Source: Octopus sinensis
Taxonomy: Eukaryota
DNA length: 64,000 bases
Assembly (NCBI RefSeq): GCF_006345805.1
Contig: NC_043022.1
Location: 14,384,001-14,448,000, forward strand
Direction of reading: 5' to 3'
Part shown: positions 1-13,380 of the stretch, in pieces
Numbering within the stretch: the first letter of the stretch is position 1
Layout: every line of letters begins with the position of its first letter
Position numbers and translations under genes: made by a program
Notes under the pieces: model-generated
The model's input: only the letters and a program-made list of their open reading frames with translations
Told to the model about the DNA's origin: nothing
The model's database searches: none

Positions 1-77
1 TGAACAGCCAGAAGACATTTTGTGTTGAATGTATTTTTCTTTAATTTTGATTTCTTGAATTTCTTTGTAAACAACAG

Positions 78-169
78 GGACAGAAGCTGTGAGTGCCTCA
101 TCCACAATCCATTTAGAAGGGGACATGACGAGGTTCCAGAGAATGTCTTCAGTTGATTCTTTCAATCAG
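78..169 (+). CDS. PPP-family Ser/Thr phosphatase, first exon visible in window (N-terminal extension)
   Basis: Pyrimidine tract + ACAACAG acceptor, CAG|GTAACA donor; open frame TEAVSASSTIHLEGDMTRFQRMSSVDSFNQ ends in phase 0, matching the next exon. No recognised motif. Confidence 0.6.
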
Positions 170-571
170 GTAACACGACACAAATCTGAATAAATTAGCA
201 GCGTTTTCCCTCCATATATGGGCAGATGTGGGCGGGTGGTTAAGAAGCCTGCTTAAGAGCCATGGAGTTTTGGGTTCAGTTCCACTGCGCTGGCACCTTG
301 GCCGAACGTCTTCTACTCCACAAGCCAACCGTTACCTTCTCAGTGAATTTGGTAAACAGAAACTGTGTGGAATCCTTTGTCTCTGTGTGTGTGTGTGTGT
401 GGCACAAGTTTTCGTGAGTGGTAAGAAGTCCGCTTCCCAACCACATGATTCAGAGTTCAGTCCCACAGTGTGGCACTTTGGACAAGTGTCTTCTATAGTC
501 TCAGGCTGACCAAAGCCTTGTGAGTGGAATTGGCAAACAGAAACTGAAAGAAGCATGTTGTGTGTGTGTAC

Positions 572-640
<69 letters not shown>

Positions 641-844
641 GTGAGGGTAAATTGTCGCCATTTTATAATTTTAATTTCGTGCATGTGCATTGATTGTTTT
701 TGATTTTGTCGACTACACAGTATAGTAGGGTCAGTTGGGCACCATCTGTGAGAAAAACAGCACCATGACACAATTCACTCTACCAGAAATTTAGAAACAA
801 CATGCTGTACTGCTTGGCATTTGCACCGGAAGCTCCAATACGAA

Positions 845-1290
845 CATTTCAGAGTGTTTGGGTAGCAATCTGAGGGCTTCTATGGAGAGAGAAAAAAATC
901 AAACATCCAATCAACATCATGGTGTTTGGAGTGAGCACTAGTGAATTTTTCACTATACTTGTTGCCAACCCTCACCTTACTGACAGCATTCCTGTACAGG
1001 GCTTGTACAGCTCTTACCAACCACTCGTCTATCCCCAGTTTCCGCATTGACCACCAGCTAAGGGATTGTGGAACCCTGTCAAAGGCTTTCTCTAAGTTAA
1101 CAAAAGCCAAGTACAGAGATTTATCTTTGGCTAGATATTTCTCCTGCAGTTGCCTCACCAGAAATATAAAGCATCAGTGGTGATAAAGCCAAACTGCATC
1201 TCATCTAGGCTATCTTCCTCCCTAATTGTTGGACTGTGACTGTCTGTGTAACTTTCATCCCCTGATCCAATAAATTGATACCCCTGTAGT
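845..1290 (-). mobile_element. RTE-clade LINE RT fragment
   Basis: QLQEKYLAKDKSLYLAFVNLEKAFDRVP...LGIDEWLVRAVQALY; same family as the 32295 and 44660 copies. Confidence 0.9.
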
Positions 1291-2247
1291 TAGGAATTAC
1301 AACCGTGTTTCATGGTCTGCTACCACAACAGCTCCTTTATAGGGCCCAGTTAGCTCAAGACATCATCAGGAGGAACCACGTCCGGTTTCGGCCCCTACTC
1401 CTCTACCATTTTGACGTGGCGGGGCCCCCCTTTCGGAGGTGTCTTCAGCTCTGGTGTTGGGTGCATGTCTTCTTTCTTCTGTTCCCTGGCCTCTTCGATG
1501 TATCGTCAGCGAGTGCCAGCCGGTGACTGACTGTCTTGTCAAATTTCTCCCTTTAAATACCTGTCGCATAGGCTCCAGCAGGCAGCCCTAGCAAGTTGTC
1601 ACGTGACACTGTCTCACCTTAACTGACTAGTGAAGGTGCGTAGTTTTAGCCCGCGCTTTTTCTAAACAACTGTCACCTGTCGGCAGGCATCTAAAGCATC
1701 AATTTTACCTTTGTAGCAGTTGACAATGGTGCTCCTACACCAATCATTGGGTACGACTCTTTCAAAGACTAGCACTTATTCTATCTCTCTTTACTCTTTT
1801 ACTTATTTCAGTTATTTGACTGCGGCTTTGTAAGCCCAGTACTTATTCTATCGGTCTCTTTTACCGAACCGCTAAGTGACGGGGACGTAAACAGACCAGC
1901 ATCGGTTGTCAAGCAATGCTAGGGGGACAAACACAGACACACACATATATATGTATACATATATACGACAGGCTTCTTTCAGTTTCCGTCTACCAAATCC
2001 ACTCACAATGCATTGGTCGGCCCGAGGCTATAGTAGAAGACACTTGCTCAAGGTGCCATGCAGTGGGACTGAACCCGGAACCATGTGGTTGGTTAGCAAG
2101 CTACTTACCACACAGCCACTCCTGCGCCTATACTTACCACACAGCCACTCCTACACCTATACTTACCACACAGCCACTCCTGCGCCTATCTACCTCTTTT
2201 TTGTATGTTAAATGCCTGTCACTTACCAAGTGATGTTTCCATTTCAG

Positions 2248-2328
2248 CGTTCACACCCCAATGAGATGCTCACTGGTCTGCGATATTTTGAAAGAGAGAA
2301 AATTGCTACAATCACCAAAGAGAGTAAG
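2248..2328 (+). CDS. PPP phosphatase exon (N-terminal extension)
   Basis: TTTCCATTTCAG acceptor, AAG|GTAGGT donor, 81 nt phase 0-0, RSHPNEMLTGLRYFEREKIATITKESK; unique sequence between two SINEs. Confidence 0.65.
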
Positions 2329-4160
2329 GTAGGTTTCCTAAAACATTGCGACCAGATGCTCTTGTGACATTGTCCCAGGGCAGCCCTGAACAAACGGGCC
2401 CATTATCAAAAGTGTTCCAGTTACTCTCTCTTTCTCTCCTTTACTCTTTTACTTATTTCAGTCATGTGACTGTGGCCATGCTGGAGCACCGCCTTTTAGT
2501 CGAGCAAATCGACCCCAGGACTTATTCTTTGTAAGCCTAGTACTTATTTTATCGGTCTCTTTTTGCCGAATCGCTAGGTTACGGGGACGTAAACACACCA
2601 GCATCGGTTGTCAAGCGATGTTGGGGGGACAAACACAGACACACAAACGCATATATATACATATATACGATGGCTTCTTTCAGTTTCCGTCTACCAAATC
2701 CACTCACAAGGCTTTGGTCGGCCCGAGGCTATAGTAGAAGATACTCACCCAAGGTGCCATGCAGTGGGACTGAACCCAGAACCATGTGGTTCGTAAGCAA
2801 GCCACTTACCACACAGCCACTCCTGCGCCTTTCACTATGAGTTTTCACATTTTTGCTTGTTATTCACATTATTTAATGGGCCCTTCCTTTTTCCAAGAAG
2901 GTAAGGTGTTATTTATGAGAGGGATGCAGTTACAAGGGGCCGAGATCTTTGGCGATATACTGTGCTTGAGAAGACCTGTCGAGCCAAGTGGGGTTGTAGT
3001 CATGGCCAATGCTGGTGTCACATAACCGGCAACTGTGCCAGTGGCACATAAAAAAACTCCCATTACACTCTCAGAGTGGTTGGCATTAGGAAGGGCATCC
3101 AACGGCAGAAACCATGCCAAATCAGACTGGAACCTGGTGCAACTCTCCAGCGTATTGGTTTCAAACAAACTGTCCAACCCATGCCAGCATGGAAAGCAGA
3201 TGCTAAATGATGATGATGATGATGTGGCTGTTGTTTCTTGAAGGTTCAATGACCACATAGCTGTTCATCATCATCATCATCATTGTTTAATGTCAGTTTT
3301 CCACGCTAGCATGGGTTGGATGGTTCGACCGGGGTCTGGGAAGCCAGGGGCTGCACCAGGCTCCAGTCTGATCTGGCAGTGTTTCTACAGCTGGATGCCC
3401 TTCCTAACGCCAACCACTCCGTGAGTGTTCCTTCTTTAATTTTTGTGGTTGTGTTTTGCTGCTGCATGTCACCTCGGCACTGCTACATGTTGGTGAGGCT
3501 ACATGCCTACTATCATATGTCACAACTGCTGCATGACACATTAGCCCTGCTACATGTTGATGATGATGATGTCAGCATTACGTTATATCAGTACTGCCAC
3601 ATGGCTGTGTTTTCACATTAATGCTACTACATGTCATATCAATCCTGCCCTAAGGTGTTATGGACACAAACCTACTGCCACATATTGGTCCAGCTACATG
3701 TCTTCTACCATATATAAGTACTTTAGCATATTACATCAGTACTGCCACATGTTGGCAAGGACACATGTCAGCACTACAAGTTATATCAGTACTACCACAA
3801 AGTGTGGTAGTCACATGCCAGCTGCCATATATCAGTACTCCCACATGTCACATCAGTACTGCCCCATGGTGGTTTGGTCTCATGGCGGCTGCTCCATATC
3901 AGCCTTCCCACATGGTTACATCAACGCTGCTCTATGGGTTGGTCACACTCCTGCTGCCACATGTCACTACTACATGTCACACACTTCATACCATCGTCCA
4001 TCACATTTCACATCAACACTGCCACATGTTGGCATTGCTGTACATGCAACGACTAATCTTTCTTCGCGTTAAAACAAATCCTGAACATAACATCTCCACC
4101 CCCACTAACACACCCCATCTAAAGTAGAACAACTTAAGATTAAAGATTAAGTAATCCTGG

Positions 4161-4465
4161 TGGAGGCACATGGCTTAGTGGTTAGAGCAGCGGACTCGCG
4201 GTCAAGGGATCGCGGGTTCGAATCTCAGACCGGTCGATGTGTAAGTTTATGAGCAAAACACCTAAGCTCTACGCAGCTTCGGCAGAAGGTAATGGCGAAC
4301 TTCTGCTGACTCTTTCACCACAACTTTCTCTCACTCTTTCCTCCTGCATCTTGCAGCTCACCTGCAGCAGACCGGCGTCCTGTCCAGGTGGGGAACCTAT
4401 ACGCCAAGGAAACCGTAAAATTGCCCTTATGAGCCAGGTATGGCTCGAGAAGGAACAAACAAACA
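4161..4465 (+). mobile_element. tRNA-derived SINE family D
   Basis: TGGCTTAGTGGTTAGAGCAGCGGACTCGCGG..GGTTCGAATC head, (AAAC)n tail; relatives at 27505-27797 (-) and 61072-61433 (-). Confidence 0.85.
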
Positions 4466-4565
4466 AATTCTCTGGTCCCCTATTACCCCTCTCATAGCTC
4501 TCTCCTCTCTTTTCTCCAACCAGACACACACATCTTTCTAATCTGTTAATCCATTTCTCTTACAG

Positions 4566-4698
4566 GAGGCCTTTTCATGGGGCGCCGTCGATTACAACGC
4601 CTTCGCCAAGTGTTTACTCATCCTTTGTTCTCAGATAAAAGAAATTCTTAAGAGTGAGCCGAGGCTTTTATCGTTAAAGTCTCCCACCTACATCCTAG
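4566..4698 (+). CDS. PPP phosphatase exon, start of catalytic domain
   Basis: TTTCTCTTACAG acceptor; EAFSWGAVDYNAFAKCLLILCSQIKEILKSEPRLLSLKSPTYIL+G; phase 1 end joins the next exon to form GDIHG; EPxLLxLxSP is typical of the PPP segment before motif 1. Confidence 0.92.
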
Positions 4699-4754
4699 GT
4701 TTGTATAATCCACAATATTTTCAGTCCATCATTCAAAGAAAACCAGATTCATCA

Positions 4755-5228
4755 TCATCATCGTTTAGCATCCGCTTTCCATGCTGGCATGGGTTGGACG
4801 GTTCAACTGGGGTCTGGGAAGCCATCAGGCTGCACCAGGCCCAGTCTGATCTGGCAATGTTTCTACGGCTGGATGCCCTTCCTAACGCCAACCACTCTGT
4901 GAGTGTAGTGGGTACTTTTTACGTGCCAAGCGAGGCTGGTAAACGGCCACGATAGGATGGTGCTTTTTACGTGCCACCGGCACGGAGGTCAGGCGAGGCT
5001 GGCTACGGCCATGATAGGATGGTGCTTTTTACGTGCCACCGGCATGGAGGCCAGGCGAGGCTGGCAAATGGCCACGATAGGATGGTGCTTTTTATGTGCC
5101 ACCGGCAAGGGGGCCAGGCGAGGCTGGCAAATGGCCACAATCGCTTGGTGCTTTTTACGTGCCACCAGCACGGAGGCCAGGCGAAGCTGGCTATGGCCAC
5201 GATCAGATGGTGCTTTTTACGTGCCACC
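4755..5228 (-). mobile_element. RTE 3' UTR fragment with ~61 bp tandem expansion
   Basis: Matches the 33770-33960 UTR; about 5 units of GGATGGTGCTTTTTACGTGCCACCGGCACGG..GGCCAC. Confidence 0.85.
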
Positions 5229-5823
5229 TGTTCTTTTCCGTGTTTGCATGGGTTGGAGGAGTATGTTATTTGAGGTGTCGTTTCACAGCTGGATGCCCTT
5301 CCTGATGCTGTTGCTAACCCTTACCTGTTTTGCGAGTAATGGGTCCTTTGTTTCCTGTGGCTTTGATAGGATGAAGGGACCAGATGATTTGTTGACCAGA
5401 GAAACTGATAACAACACCAACTACCTGCTGCATTTTCATACAAGCAATTGGGGGATGTAAACAAACAAACAAACACACACACACACATATGTATAGGCGT
5501 GGCTGTGTGGCAAGAAGCTTGCTTCTCAACCACATGGTTCTGGGTTCTGTCCCAATGTTCCTAACTCTAGCTGAATGATAACTAAGTTTATTTTACTAGA
5601 TTCTTTGTATTTAAAATTAATTGAAAGAAACACAGAGCATCTCAACAAAAATAGGGTAACAAAAGGGTTAAAAATAATTGGCACACATATAAACACACTT
5701 GCACACACACAGTCTTGCAGAAACGCACTCAACACATGCAGGAAAGTATAGTGATGAATTTAAGCTTAAAAAGCAATTGTCAGGGTAAGTTGTTAGTGAA
5801 GTCCAGTCTTTCTTTACTTTCAG

Positions 5824-5954
5824 GAGATATCCATGGCAACTACAGGGACTTGGTGTCCTTTGAGAAGTCCTTGTGGCGTATGGGCCCACTTTTGACACCA
5901 GCTTCTTTCTTGTTCCTTGGAGACTATGTGGACAGAGGAGAACATGGCATTGAG
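5824..5954 (+). CDS. PPP phosphatase exon with GDIHGN and GDYVDRG
   Basis: TTTACTTTCAG acceptor, GAG|GTAAGA donor; metallophosphoesterase motifs 1 and 2. Confidence 0.96.
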
Positions 5955-6239
5955 GTAAGATTACTATATTTTCTCTTCTTTGAATACAATATATACTACA
6001 CACACACGCATAAATATATATTCGTTTTATGCCCCAAAACAGCAGCTTAATAATGACAAAGTTATTTTGCTAAATTCTTCATAATTATCAAAATTAATTG
6101 AAACAAAAGCAGTGGATTTCAAGAGAAAAATGGTTAGAAAATGGCTAAAAGATAAGCATTACTTGCAAAGAGTTTCCTCTTTTAAGGTTTTTCTTATCTT
6201 TTGAGAAGGGAAACCAAGCTTTTACGGAGTCCTTCTACA

Positions 6240-6800
6240 AACACCAAGCTGAAGAAGTCTGCTAGTGAACATGACTTTGACATTATTGTCAACAGCGATT
6301 TGCGTTGGACAAACCACGTCTCTAAGATTGTTGAGAAGGCTGAGGGTGTCTTAGCATCACTCAGTAAGATCTTTATCAGTTACTCTCCAGCTTTCAATTT
6401 AAAGCTGTATATGGCTAAGATACGTCCACACTTAGAGTTTGCATCCCCTGACAACCAATCTTGCTCAGTATATCAATCTTTTGGAGACCGATCTGAAACG
6501 TGCAACCAGACGAATACCTGCCTTCAGGCATCCACCATATTCTGAACGTCTTGCTTCCTTCGACATGGACCCATAAAAGCTCAAACGTCTGGCAACAGAC
6601 TTGGTAGACACCCACAAGATTATCCACCATCAGATTTCCAACAACGACCTGGGGTACCTTTTTTGAACTCCACATGTCTAACACTTGCGTAAATGCTTAG
6701 AAAATCAAAAAACAATGCAGCATCCATAGCTTTCAAAAACATCTTTATCACGCTCAGAATTACTGAAGCATGGAATAAACTACCTGCATCGGATATTAGC
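6240..6800 (+). mobile_element. CR1-like LINE 3' fragment
   Basis: DIIVNSDLRWTNHVSKIV..KIRPHLEFASP..YSERL..EAWNKLP pattern. Confidence 0.75.
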
Positions 6801-7026
6801 TGAAGGCAGCAAGCTGGTAGAATCGTTAGCACACCGGGCAAAATGCTTAGCAATATTTTGTCTGCCACTAGGTTCTGAGTTCGAATTCCGCCAAGGTCGA
6901 CTTTGCCTTTCATCCTTTTGTGGGGGGGGGGTCGATAAATTAAGTACCAGTTGTGTACTTGGGTCGATCTAATCAACTGGCTTCCCCATCCCACAAACAT
7001 CAGGCCTTGTGCCTATAACAGAAAGG

Positions 7027-7074
<48 letters not shown>

Positions 7075-7673
7075 TATTATTATTAAAGGTGGCGAACTAG
7101 CAGAAACGTTAGCATGCCAGGCAAAATGATTAGCTGTATTTTGTCTGCGATTACGTTCTGAGTTCAAATTCCACCAAGGTCGACTTTGCCTTTCATCCTT
7201 TCAGGGGTCGATTGAATAAGTACCAGTTATGCACTGAGGTCGATATTATCGACTTAATCCGTTTGTGTAGCCCCTTGTGGAGATGATGGGAATTGAACTC
7301 GTGTTGTGTAGGTTCAGAATGTAGGCAAGAGGTTAGGGGTGAGGTAGTTACAAAGAGATTTAAAACTAGTTGTCACTGAGCTGTCGTATGCTGGAAGGGT
7401 CAACGCTCTGTGTAGCCCCTTTTGGGCAGTAAAGAAGTAAGATATTAGCTGTTTGGTCATTACAGCCTTCAAAACTTCCATGCTTCCTGAAATTCATCAA
7501 TGCTACATCGAATTCCGCCCCCCCCCCCCTTTTAAAGACTTTTTCTCTGTGCATTTCCTATGCATATTTTGTGTTACTGTTCATGCAGTTTTGTTTGTGT
7601 TTTTTGCTGATGAGTTTTAGTGCACCTTGGCGCTGCATGCAGTAAGTTTGTTACTATTTTCTCCTGCCCACAG

Positions 7674-7780
7674 GTCGTGTCGTACTTATTTGCACAGAAA
7701 CTCCTCTCTCCGAATAAATTCTATCTACTTCGAGGCAACCACGAAACTCGTAACATCCAGGAGGTTTTCAGTTTCAAACT
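7674..7780 (+). CDS. PPP phosphatase exon with LRGNHE
   Basis: CCCACAG acceptor, CT|GTGAGT donor; VVSYLFAQKLLSPNKFYLLRGNHETRNIQEVFSFK; not in the ORF track, read by eye. Confidence 0.95.
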
Positions 7781-8412
7781 GTGAGTATCTCGGGTGGGTC
7801 TTCAGTTCTTACGGGGTTTCTTTGTGATTAACAGAAATAAAATAACAGACTCAATAAACTCAAAATCTGTAAATCGAAACCATTTGTTTTCATCCGTTTC
7901 AGTTGGTTTTTACCAATCGGTTTTCACACATCGGTTAAAATAGATCTATAACAATTGACAAACATTTACACTCTCAGAGTGGTTGGCATTAGGAAAGGCA
8001 TCCAACCATAGAAAACCATGCCAAATCAGACTGGAGTCTGGTGCAGCCCCTCAGCTTGCCAGACCTGGTCAAACCGTCCAACCCATGCCAACATGGATAA
8101 CGAACATTAAATGTTGTTGTTGTTGATGATGATGATGACTTGTGAGTGGATTTGGAAGATGGAAACTGAAAGAAGCCTGTTATGTGTGTGTGTGTGTGTA
8201 TAGTTTGGTGGTAGAGATTAAATTGATAATGGTGGTGCTGGCACCACGTAAAAAGCACCCAATCCATTCTGTAAAGTGGTTGGTGTCAGGAAGGGCATCC
8301 AGCTGTAGAACCCCCTGCCAAAGCGGACAGTTGGAGCCTGGTGCAGCCCCTGGTCTTGCCAGTTCCTGTCAAGCTGTCCAACCCATGCCAGCTTGGAAAA
8401 CGGATATTAAAT

Positions 8413-8428
8413 GTTGATGATAGCGATA

Positions 8429-8459
<31 letters not shown>

Positions 8460-8520
8460 CGATGATGATGATGATGATGATGACGATGATGATGATGATG
8501 ATGATGACGACGATGACGAC

Positions 8521-8565
<45 letters not shown>

Positions 8566-8631
8566 AGCGATAATGATGATGATGATGATGATGATGATGA
8601 CGATGACGATGATGATGATGACGATGATGAC

Positions 8632-8669
<38 letters not shown>

Positions 8670-8871
8670 CGATGATGATGATGATGATGATGATGACGAT
8701 GATGATGATGATGATGACGATGATGATGATGATGACGATGATGACGATGATGATGATGATGATGATGATGATAGCGATAATGATGATGATGATGATGATG
8801 ATGACGATGATGATGATGATGATGATGATGACGACGATGATGATGATGATGATGATGATGATGACGATGAC

Positions 8872-8903
<32 letters not shown>

Positions 8904-8905
8904 CG
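8413..8905 (+). repeat. (GAT/GAC)n tract
   Basis: ~490 bp; source of poly-D/M/H/I ORFs. Confidence 0.97.
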
Positions 8906-9006
8906 ACCACCACCATCAAAATCACCAACACCATCACTCGTCGTATTTTCAGTAAATCTCCAATTGGTGTCTCCAATAATTGTTATTGCATCTCGTCCCG
9001 TTGCAG

Positions 9007-9109
9007 TGAGTGTCTTACCAAATTTGGTACTTCTGTTGGAGAAAAGATCTGGGCAGCAATCAATGAATGCTTTGACTGTATGCCGCTGTCTGCTGTCATT
9101 GATGGAAAG
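9007..9109 (+). CDS. PPP phosphatase exon
   Basis: TTGCAG acceptor, AAG|GTAAGA donor; ECLTKFGTSVGEKIWAAINECFDCMPLSAVIDGK (F..MPL.A.I.GK pattern); phases 2-0 fit. Confidence 0.95.
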
Positions 9110-9171
9110 GTAAGACCCTACGCATAAAGCCCCTACACTTAAGGCAAAGCCCTTCACTTAAGACCCTAAAC

Positions 9172-9763
9172 TTAACCTTTTAGGGTTTTAATCTAGCCAT
9201 ATTTTGGCCAAAATATCCTATCTGTTTTATATTCAAACCAATCAGGTCTGACCTCTCACACCTACCCTACAATGTCATTTTAAAAATAAACAATCACATT
9301 TTTGAATTCTCAGAGCTTTGAGATAATACAGGATTAATTCCAAACAATATGAATAAATAATCTTTATAGTTTGACAGAGAGTAATCTGAATGCTAAAAGG
9401 TGAAGTGGTTTAATAAGGATTAGGGTTTCAACTTTGGTTTATTTTGCCATTTGACAAACATGTCACGTCACTAAATCTTGCTAATGCCATGTAGGAAAGA
9501 CATGGATATCAGAAGTTCTAATGTCTCTGCCTTGGAAATTTTAAGCTTCATGGTTATGTCAGAAACATGTCTTTAACCCAGTCATATCCAGGGTCCTAAT
9601 GTTCTACCTGTTTTATGTGCAAACAGGACAGATCTGGGCTCTCACACCTACCCTACAATGTCATTCTAAAAATAAACAATCACATCATTGAATTCTCAAA
9701 GCTGTGAGATAAAACATGATTAATTGAAAACAATGTGAATAATTAATCTGAGTGCTAAAGGTG
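9172..9763. mobile_element. Two tandem decayed piggyBac-like MITEs
   Basis: Two ~190-230 bp homologous units starting TTAACC and ending CTAAA(A)GGT. Confidence 0.45.
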
Positions 9764-10576
9764 AGAGGTAAGATATTCTACTTAAGGCAAGACGCTCCAC
9801 TTCAAGTAAAACCTTGCACTTAAGACAAGACTCAACACTTAGAGTAAGACCTTACACTCAAGATGAAATCTGTTGAGGTAGATTTTCTACAACCAGATGC
9901 TCTTCCTGTTGCCAACCCTCAACTGTTCCCAAGTAAAATAATCCTTTCTACTAAAGGCACAAGGCCTGAAATTTGTGGGGAGGGTCTAGTTGATTACATT
10001 GCCCCCAGTGTTTCGCTGGTCCTTAATTTATCGACCTGGAAAGGGTGAAATGCCCTCACTCCTACCATTTATCTTTTTAAGTGTGGTACTTATTCCATCG
10101 GTCTCTTTTGCTGAACCACTAAGTCATGGTGGGGATGTAAACGAACCATCACTGGTTATCAAGTAGTGAGGGTGATGACAAACTCAGACATAAAGAGACA
10201 CACACACACATATTATACAATGGGCTTCAACACAGTTTTCATACACGAGATCCACTCACAAGGCTTTCGTTGGCCCCGGGTTTACAGTGGAAGACACTTG
10301 CTCAAGGTGCCACATAGTGGGACTGAACCCAAAAATCACGTGGCTGCAAAACAAGCTTTTTAACCACCCGCCCATGCCCACCACCAAAAGTGATGCTTAC
10401 AGCATCTTTTACTGTTACATTTTACTCAACTGACCATCACCACTGACCCCTAACTCCCAGCACAATTTTTTTTTTTTATCATTAACCCCTCCCTCCACCC
10501 TCTCCCGTTCCCAAAACACTTTTGTTTGTTTGTTTGTTTGTTTCCGTTATTCATTGTGCTCCCTCTTTTGCGCCAG

Positions 10577-10719
10577 ATCTTCTGCACCCATGGTGGGATC
10601 CCAAGTCCTGTCCACGGCAATGGCAAAATGGAGATCATCAATAGCATTCCTGTGCCTTTGCCCAACCCTGAAGAGGAAAGTCCTCTCGCCTGGGAACTCA
10701 TGTGGAACGATCCAATCGG
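10577..10719 (+). CDS. PPP phosphatase exon with HGG and WNDP
   Basis: CGCCAG acceptor, GG|GTGAGT donor; [11 protein letters not shown]...[11 protein letters not shown]. Confidence 0.95.
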
Positions 10720-10754
10720 GTGAGTAACCACCATCCTCACCACAAACTCTTCCC

Positions 10755-11545
10755 TCCTTTTCTATTTTCCTTTCCTCCTTCCCTCTCTTTCTTCCTTTCT
10801 TTTTTTACTTCTGTTCCTTTCATTCTTTCCTTCTTTCTTTCTTTCCTTTCTCCCTCTCTTCCCTTTCATTCCTTCCTTCCTTCTTTCTTTCCTTTCTCCC
10901 TCTCTTCCCTTTCATTCCTTCCTTCCTTCTTTCCTTTCTCCCTCTCTTCCCTTTCATTCTTTCCTTCCTTCTTTCTTTCCTTTTTCCCTCTCTTCCCTTT
11001 CATTCCTTCCTTCCTTCTTTCTTTCCTTTCTCCCTCTCTTCCCTTTCATTCTTTCCTTCCTTCTTTCTTTCCTTTCTCCCTCTCTTCCCTTTCATTCTTT
11101 CCTTCCTTCTTTCTTCCCTTTCATTCATTCCTTCCTTCTTTCTTTCCTTTCTCCCTCTCTTCCCTTTCATTCCTTCCTTCCTTCTTTCTTTCCTTTCTCC
11201 CTATCTTCCCTTCCTTCCTTCTTTCTTTCCTTTCTCCCTCTCTTCCCTTTCATTCCTTCCTTCCTTCTTTCTTTCCTTTCTCCCTCTCTTCCCTTTCATT
11301 CCTTCCTTCCTTCTTTCTTTCCTTTCTCCCTCTCTTCCCTCCTTCCTTCTTTCTTTCCTTTCTCCCTCTCTTCCCTTTCATTCCTTCCTTCTTTCTTCCC
11401 TTTCATTCCTTCCTTCCTTCTTTCTTTCCTTTCTCCCTCTCTTCCCTTTCATTCCTTCCTTCCTTCTTTCTTTCCTTTCTCCCTCTCTTCCCTTTCATTC
11501 ATTCCTTCCTTCCTTCTTTCCTCCCTCCCTCCCTTCTTTCTTCTC
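10755..11545 (+). repeat. Polypyrimidine (CTTT/CTTCC) higher-order repeat
   Basis: Recurring TTTCTCCCTCTCTTCCCTTTCATTCCTTCC unit. Confidence 0.95.
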
Positions 11546-12189
11546 AAAGGGGAGAGGTGGGAGTGTGCTCCTTCCACAGTTCTGAGACAAACAACGCCTT
11601 TCTTTGGAATTCTTCTATTCTCTTCTTCGTTTCAGTCCCTGGACTGCGACCATGCTGGGGCACCACTGCCTTCCAGAATTTTTAGTCGAGTGAATCAACT
11701 CCAGTACTTATTCTATCAATGCTTTTTGCCAAACTGCTAAGTCACAGGGATGTAAACAAACCAACACAAGTTGTCAAGCAGTAATAGGGGACAAACACTG
11801 GCACAAAGACACATTCATTTATACACACACACACACATATATACATGACAGGCTTCCTTCAGTTTCCGTCTATCTAATCCACTCACAAGGCTTTGGTCAG
11901 CCCAAGGCTATAGTGAAAAACATTTGTCCAAGGTGCCACACAGTGGGACGGAACCCGGTACCTTGTGATTGGGAAGCAAGCTTCTTACCACTCAGCAGTG
12001 CATAATTCAAGGCTTCGAGAAGTCTCTTGGTTCGTTTCCTCTATTGCTCTCATCACAGAAATCTAATGACCGATGTTTGTGGAAGGCTGGCTTCTTCCAG
12101 AGATGATGGCTTTTATGTCATCCAGCCCTGCTGCCTTGTGGTCTCTTCAACTCTTTGGTGTGCATTCTTTCTTGGCACTAACTTATGAT

Positions 12190-12560
12190 AAAGTGGTATG
12201 GAGGGGAAGAGAAAATCAGGTGTAGTGTTGGTGAATCCCAGGAAGCATGGAAATTTTGAAGGATGCAGTGCTCCGACAACTAATAACTGATGCTGGCAGT
12301 TTGTTCCATGCTTCAGCAATTCTCAGCGTGAAAAAATGTTTCCTGAAGTCATGGAAGGAGCTGTGCTGTTTTCTGACTTTGTAAATATGTCCACGGGTGT
12401 TAGACGGGTGGAGTTTGAAAAGGTGCTCAGAGTTATTGTTTGTAAGATGGTTGATAATTTTATGGGTGTCTGCCAAGTCAGCTGCCAGACGTCGGAATTT
12501 CAATGTGTCCATGGCCAGGGAAGTAAGGCGTTCAGAATATGGCAAATGCCTGATGGAGGG
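12190..12560 (-). mobile_element. CR1-like LINE 3' end
   Basis: YSERLTSLAMDTLKFRRLAADL..TRGH..FFTLRIAEAWNKLP. Confidence 0.85.
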
Positions 12561-12649
12561 TATTCAATTTAGATTGAACACTCATAGCACTTCGTCGTAG
12601 ATCAATCAATATACCACTTCGTTCATCTTCCTTTATTCACCATTCACAG

Positions 12650-12827
12650 ACTGGATCAAATCACACCAGAGATGCTGCAAAGCCTGAAGGAAAACTATGG
12701 CTTTTCTCGAAACGTTCGTCGCGGTACGGCTCATGTCTTCAGCTGTTCGGCACTAAAGGCTTTTCTCCACCGGAACAACTTGTCACACGTTATCAGAGCT
12801 CATGAAGTGCAACAAGTTGGATTTCAG
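12650..12827 (+). CDS. PPP phosphatase exon with RRG and IRAHE
   Basis: TTCACAG acceptor, CAG|GTAAAA donor; LDQITPEMLQSLKENYGFSRNVRRGTAHVF...HVIRAHEVQQVGFQ; phases 2-0 fit. Confidence 0.95.
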
Positions 12828-13240
12828 GTAAAACCAGATTCTTATTTCGTCTCAGTGAGGATTTTTTTCATTTCTCTCCTTCAATGTCGGCGACGAAAAG
12901 TTGAAGATGAACAAAAAGTGACATATTGCTCAAGGGAGAGAACTCTGCCACTACTATTAAAACTCATTTCTGTAGTGACAGAGTTGTGTCCCCCTTGAAT
13001 GCTTTCCGCAATTATCATTTATCGAACTATTATTTTGTATTCTTGTTTGTATTCCGATTCTCCTCTAATCTCTTACTTCTTTTACCCATGGGACTGCGGC
13101 CATGCTGGAGCACCGGATTGACAGACTTGGTCGAACTATTCGATCCCAGCACTTATTTTCGTTTTAATTCTGTTTCTTAAACTATGTCCAGACCATTTGT
13201 TTTGTTGTAACGTTTGTTAAATATGTACATTATGTATATA

Positions 13241-13277
<37 letters not shown>

Positions 13278-13380
13278 GTATGTGTATGTATATATATACA
13301 CACACATATACATATATATATATACACACATATACATATGTGTGTGTGTATGTGTGTATATATATACTGACATATATATT

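Noticed and set aside
1360-1450. Hammerhead motifs CTGATGA and CTGAAGA on the minus strand
   Set aside because: Stems I and II cannot be formed in any topology.
4161-4235. tRNA genes at SINE heads
   Set aside because: A/B boxes continue into SINE bodies; no acceptor stem closure seen.
4935-5228. CRISPR-like regular repeats (also 14000 and 21415)
   Set aside because: Tandem units without unique spacers, inside retroelements, in eukaryotic DNA with no cas genes.
8341-9157. Long poly-D/H/M/I ORFs
   Set aside because: Translations of a (GAT)n tract; only 9007-9109 is exon.
10702-11685. 327 aa F/L/P/S ORF
   Set aside because: Polypyrimidine repeat.
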